From: Octopus bimaculoides
Lineage: Eukaryota
Reading direction: 5' to 3'
Length of the DNA stretch: 38,785 nt
Assembly: GCF_001194135.2 (NCBI RefSeq)
Contig: NC_068985.1
Span: 33,611,078 to 33,649,862, forward strand
Part shown: in pieces, positions 33,212-38,785 of the stretch
Numbering within the stretch: the first letter of the stretch is position 1
How the letters are laid out: the number at the start of each line of letters is the position of its first letter
Notes under the pieces: generated by a model
Database searches by the model: none
Told to the model about the DNA's origin: nothing
Seen by the model: only the letters and a program-made list of their open reading frames with translations
Program-made: the position numbers and the translations under genes

Positions 33212-34696
33212 CTTTAAGTTTATTTGTTTTACAGTTTGTTCTTTATAACTTTAAAAATGTGTAAAGATTTCATTAAAAGTTTAATAAGATCTTTGTTTGA
33301 CAAGTTTCAGAAAATTAGATTGGAATGTTGAAACTCAATTGTATAACTCATTTTCTAGATTCTCATCAATGCATGAGATGAGTTTATTAATCTACAAATT
33401 CTAACAGTAGAAAATGTTCATCTACATGGTGGTATAAGTTAACAATTCCGATTGTCACAGTTAGAAAAGTTCAATCAGTTCTTATTATTCGTCTATTTTA
33501 AAATTTATTAAAAATTTAATTCATGGGAGAAATAGATCTGTTATATTTTTCTTGAAATTTATCACATCTGAATTTCATCTGGTTACTTAAAAAAGGGGGT
33601 TTCATTTACCTTGAAATTTTTTTTTTTCTTTTTTTGTATGTTGAAGCATGCTACATCTGCATAATAGACTTTAAATTTAGAAATATTTAACTAATCTTTT
33701 ATTGTATATTGCATATTTCCAATATCATCATCACCATCAGCAACATCATCAATTGTGGTGCCTGATACACTCTGCTAAAAGCTTTTGTGTCAGCATGCTG
33801 TTCAGAAATATTAATTTGCCTCTTGGTATAAAACTCTATACTTCAATAGCAACAGCTTATGAAGTAACAGAGGTTATGTTGTCCTAAAGAAAAATACTAA
33901 GTAAATATTGTAAACGTTTCAAATAAAGTGAATAAATATTTTAATTATTACAAATCATGAATAGGGATAGGAGGAAAATTCTGATTTTGAATTTCACCTT
34001 CATTTTTATGGATAGAATGCCTTTCTTTTCCTTTACTTTGTCCTTAGTTTTTGTATGTACTAAATTTACTGAGAGCACAATTTAATCAATCAAGAAACAG
34101 GAAATCAGATGAACTTGACCAAGGACAAGAGTCATTCTCAGATCTAGAAGCCACTGTTACATCTCATAGGACTAACATTTTACTGCTAAACATCAGACAC
34201 ACTCTCCACTGCATTTAATTAATCAAATTTTGGAGTTGTTATCCCTTACTTTTTTTTTTTTTGCTTACCAAAATTAGTCAGGAAAAGATTTGTTCTTATC
34301 ATTAATTAATTAAAATTACACAAAGGGTGTGATTTAAAATTTATTGGCATACTACATCAAGTATGCCTGTGTCCACTTTACTATAATCTGCTTGAAGTGG
34401 TCGAGTCACACAGCTACTGTCCAAAGTAAAAAGAATGAAGAAATCAAGAGAGATGCTGAATAGAACAGATCTCAGCACTGTTTTTAAAGTCAATTGGCCA
34501 GTTAACATTAATAGATAGATTTCCTGTTCAGTGGATAGGAAATAGCTAAGTAAAGAATCAATACTGTATCATTGGTATAACTCAGAAGTATAGTAGTAGC
34601 AATAACATTTGATATAGAAGTTCAAGCTTCATAATCATGGATTGCAGTAAAAAGTCACATAGTGTCAACAGATTTGATATTGGTTAAATTAAGTTG

Positions 34697-34905
34697 TTAT
34701 TGTTGTTGTTCTTTAGCCTTAGGTCAGTCCTGATTAAGACAATGAATGACCAAGACAACCAATAATCAAAGGCTTTGCCACCATGAACAACTTATCTTTT
34801 ATTCAGGTATAGTGTGATATATCTTGAGGACCTTCATAGTAGCATATCGTTTGAGGAAGATTTGGTTGCTGTTCCTAGAAGATCTAACAACAATGTAGAG
34901 GCTCC
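34697..34905 (+). repeat. Interspersed repeat family G
   Basis: GTTGTTCTTTAGCCTTAGGTCAGTCCTGAT ... ATCAAAGGCTTTGCCACCATGAAC ... TTTGAGGAAGATTTGGTTGCTGTTCCTAG ... TAGAGGCTCCC. Confidence 0.6.
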
Positions 34906-36269
34906 CCTGGGAACTCCTGATTACATTAAATTAATATCAAGAAACATTGCTCTATATACACAATTAGATTATTCTGTAGTATCTTAGGTTTGATACAAAA
35001 GAAGCCTGGATAATAAAGGCAAGAATACATCAATGTTGTGAAAATATGTTAAATTAAATTTGAATGAGAAACTGAACTTATAATTCAATTTAATAATGTT
35101 GTCTAATGTGGTCAGAGATGATTATGGTTACAACAACAATTCTCATCTTCATTATCACATTATCTTTGGTCAGTTCAGTTTGCATCACAAGAAAGTTAAA
35201 CCTAATGTGACTTTTAGAGTCTAGCTTTGGCTTACTCATCCTAATATGTCACTAATTTAGGTTGCCACATCATATATATAGGGCTTCTGTTGGTCAACTT
35301 TCACTATACCTCTGTACATGCATGTGTACAATTTTTTGTAGATGACTGGCACTTGCTCATACTTGCAAGATTCCCCCTCTCCATGCCACTGTTGTTTATC
35401 CAAGAGAAAGGCCAACAATTTGGATTGATACAGCTTAACACTAATGTCATCACTGGCATTACAGTCAGAACACAAAGAGCCAAAACAAATACCATGGGAC
35501 ATCTTTCCTCAGCCTCTGGCAGTTCCTCCAATCTACTGCCCAAGATTGGTACTTTTTTATTGACGCCCCCACCCTCAAAGGATGAGAGATGAAGTTGATC
35601 TTAGAAAGATTTGAACTCAGAGCATAGAGAGTCAGAGCAAATACTGTGAAACTCTGTTAATTCACACCATCTTCCCATCTCATAGCTTATACTCAAATAC
35701 ATGAAAATATACTAGTGACTTGGCTGAAGCAGCTTACAGCAATGCAAAGGTTAAATTCCTTTTACATAATAAAGTTACAAGTTTCAACTCTTAAATATGT
35801 TTTGATCATTTTTACAGTAGGAGATGCACAGATGTTTAGTTAAAAAGTTTACTTTACCACTATTAGTTTGAGGTTTGATTCCATTGAGCAGTACTTTGGT
35901 TAATTGTCTTATCTTAGGTTCAGATTGACCAAAGTTGTGTGAATGAAATCTGGTTGATAAAAACAAAATGGAAGTCCATCTATTACACCATTTCTCTTCT
36001 TGTGTGCCTGACTTGATCCATCATCCTGTTTAATGCCATCACCTGGGCTTTAAGTGCTCAAAACAGAGATTATTCTGTTGCAAGCATTGAAGTCAGGCCT
36101 CTGGTCTCAGGATAACTCTCCCCTGACAGTCTCAGAAGCTCTGAAAATAGTCACAAGTGCTGCTCTTCCTCCTCTGATTAGGACATATAAAGAAAAATTT
36201 AAAAACAAAATCCATAAACACCAAACTGCCAATACTCAGTCTGGTTGGGCATTCTACTGCTGCCTTTTT

Positions 36270-36285
36270 TACACACACACACACA

Positions 36286-36368
<83 letters not shown>
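36270..36368. repeat. (CA)n(CT)n microsatellite
   Basis: Directly visible. Confidence 0.97.
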
Positions 36369-36371
<3 letters not shown>

Positions 36372-36439
36372 GAGACATGCTTTCAAGAATTAGAAGATTG
36401 GGATAGCAGAGAATTATACCAGATAGCTAGGGGAGAAGC

Positions 36440-36795
36440 AGAATGAAAGAGGTTAGTCAGTGTTCTACAGTATGCGGACTAGAGGCATAAGGTGTTCTGG
36501 ATTGCAAGACAGTATATCAGAAAAGAAATTGAGATGTTATGAGAGAGAAGTGTGTATGGATGGCTAATGGTACATTTGTCCTTTGTGATTCAGAAAAGAA
36601 AGAGGGATAAAATCATTATGGTGAAAGGCGACAAAATGAGGAGAATGCATGGGAGAAAGAGAGTCTTGCCAATATGAACCTGATGGAGGGACCATCTGTT
36701 CTAGTTGGCAGCAGTATGATAGATAAAGCAAGGAAAACCCCTTAGTTCATCAGGATTTGCACTGTGATGTTTAAAATATCTGGTAGAATGGGATG
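36440..36795 (+). pseudogene. Decayed RTE-clade LINE ORF fragment (linker between endonuclease and RT)
   Basis: EENAWEKESLANMNLMEGPSVLVGSSMIDKARK ... SSG ... MFKISGRMG resembles the RTE pre-RT segment (ENEW.KESL ... EGP ... KA.GPSG..AEMLK). Assignment is from recall. Confidence 0.55.
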
Positions 36796-37594
36796 ACGAT
36801 GATGACAATGACAATGGATGGATGGACATATGAACAGATGTATTACATTATAGTTAATAAAAATTATGATTATTGTGACATCATTCTGATATATCATCCA
36901 TATCTATTTTCTATAATTAGTACTCTTTTGCTAAAACCAGCAGCAGCACCAGTCAGCTAATTTTCCAAAAGCTTCTGTCTTGAATGAATGTGTTGAACAT
37001 TGCGATGAATCATTTGCATCATTCTTAAGTATTCTTATGTTAAACTTTGAATCAACTTATTTATTCTTGATCCTATAGTGGTTAGTGATAACTCGAACAA
37101 ACTTTACTATTTTTCGCATTATTATTTATTATTTATTTTGTTATTTTGTTCCGGTTAAGCTAGATGGAGTTACACTTGACATTTGCATATATTTCTCAAA
37201 CATATGTCTTTATGGTTTGGTGGCCTTACTAGTATAAATAATCTTAACATGGAACTATTTTCTAATGAAGTACTCAACATTTATTTTAGTAAGATTGCTT
37301 GCCCAAACACAGTCCCTGAGGCTTTAACTAATCAGTTAATGTATTTCTCAGCATTATATAAGCTGAATGCTGGTATCAGGTCTCATTAAAAGAGATTTCA
37401 TTTCCGAATTGTAAATACAAAATAGCAAAGCATGTTAGTGTTTAATGATATTCATAAAAGTGGTTTTATATCAATGTGTCTTGTTTATATAAAGTCATCA
37501 ATTCACCAACAGAATACCAACAGAATACAATAGACTTGTCATTAACCGTCAACACAAACATATTAACACACATATTGTACATATTTGCACATAC

Positions 37595-37604
37595 ATACAT
37601 ATAT

Positions 37605-37659
<55 letters not shown>

Positions 37660-37990
37660 NNNNNNNNNNNNNNNNNNNNNNNNNNNNNNNNNNNNNNNNN
37701 NNNNNNNNNNNNNNNNNNNNNNNNNNNNNNNNNNNNNNNNNNNNNNNNNNNNNNNNNNNNNNNNNNNNNNNNNNNNNNNNNNNNNNNNNNNNNNNNNNNN
37801 NNNNNNNNNNNNNNNNNNNNNNNNNNNNNNNNNNNNNNNNNNNNNNNNNNNNNNNNNNNNNNNNNNNNNNNNNNNNNNNNNNNNNNNNNNNNNNNNNNNN
37901 NNNNNNNNNNNNNNNNNNNNNNNNNNNNNNNNNNNNNNNNNNNNNNNNNNNNNNNNNNNNNNNNNNNNNNNNNNNNATATATATATAGTA
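37595..37990. repeat. (TA)n microsatellite spanning an assembly gap (37660-37976)
   Basis: Directly visible. Confidence 0.9.
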
Positions 37991-38385
37991 AATAGCCAAT
38001 GAATATTCAATGGGTGGTACTACAACACCTTGTTAATTATGAATTCTGGTTTGTGTGTTTTTTTGTTTCTTTTTTACTATTTTACAAGCTTGCATTGCAT
38101 GAGTGGGATGGTTTTTTTTTGTTTTGTTTTTTTTGAGACATTTATTGTTTCTATCACTGACCAATCAGCCATGAAGTAGGAGTGGAACATGCTTTTTTTC
38201 TGTTACTAAATAATTCAGAGATGCCATTTGCAAGAAAAAACAAATGTGAAGTTAATGTTAACATATCTAATGCATGTAGTATTTAAAAAAACCTATGCTA
38301 CATAGGAATGAATATGTAGTAAGAAATATTTTTACTTTCAAGGCAAGTTAAAAATTAACCATTCCACACTGTTTTTAATCCTATT

Positions 38386-38785
38386 CAGTAAGCTTAACTT
38401 TCATCAGTAAACTTCGCCTTCATCAGTAAACACAGCCTCATCAGCAACCTTAACCTCCATCAGTAACCTGAGCCTTCATCAGTAACCTTAGCCTTCCACA
38501 GTAAGCTTTAGCCTTTGTCAGTAACCTTAGACTTTGTCAGCAACTTGAACATTTATCAGTAACTTTAGCCTTCATCAGTAACCTTAGCCTTCATCAGTAA
38601 GCTTTAGCCTTCATCAGTAAAATTTAGTCTACATCAGTAGCCTTAGCCATCAATAGTAACTTTAGCCTTCATTAGTAACCTTAGCCTCATCAGTAAGTTT
38701 TAGCTTTCATCAATAACCTTAGCTTTCATCAATAATGTAATCCTTTGTCAGTAACCTTAGCCTTCATCAGTAACCTTAACCTTCA
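38386..38785. repeat. 19-20-bp minisatellite, consensus CAGTAACCTTAGCCTTCAT, about 21 units, running off the window end
   Basis: Tandem units are directly visible, with substitutions and 1-nt indels. Confidence 0.95.

Noticed and set aside
35290-35460. FFVDD ... EKGQQFGL as an RT YADD-region remnant
   Set aside because: Only a loose resemblance with no flanking RT motifs; it needs a profile search.
37164-37208. AG|ATGGAGTT (D-G-V) as a candidate for the next arrestin exon
   Set aside because: It continues TLDICI rather than V/ILVDPxY and has no donor at the expected 45 nt. The next exon probably lies beyond the window or in the gap.
38386-38785. Tandem array as a CRISPR array or tandem hammerheads (minus strand contains CTGATGA)
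   Set aside because: There are no unique spacers and the context is eukaryotic; no GAAA box or stems follow CTGATGA.

Overview
AT-rich, repeat-saturated metazoan genomic DNA with four assembly gaps (12249-12882, 16986-17223, 18239-18421, 37660-37976). The SINE and MITE landscape looks like a coleoid cephalopod, probably Octopus; this is from recognition, not a search. The only host coding sequence I can support is two small + strand exons of an arrestin (beta-arrestin/Kurtz-like) gene: 7342-7372 (31 nt, (R)VFKKSSPNGQ) and 31276-31336 (61 nt, ITAYLGKRDFIDHLSHIDPV). They splice in frame across a 23.9 kb intron, so the whole window is probably inside this gene. The introns hold at least five SINE-like families, two 220-bp TTAA (piggyBac-type) MITEs, a decayed pogo/POGK-like transposon, decayed Tx1/L1, CR1-like and RTE LINE fragments, microsatellites and a 19-bp minisatellite. 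The most notable items are four minimal hammerhead-ribozyme motifs, all sense to the arrestin pre-mRNA; a 97-bp-arm fold-back built from one SINE copy; a 68-nt near-perfect non-SINE palindrome; and a Gln at a normally Lys position of arrestin. Most ORFs in the supplied track are microsatellite or N-gap artefacts.
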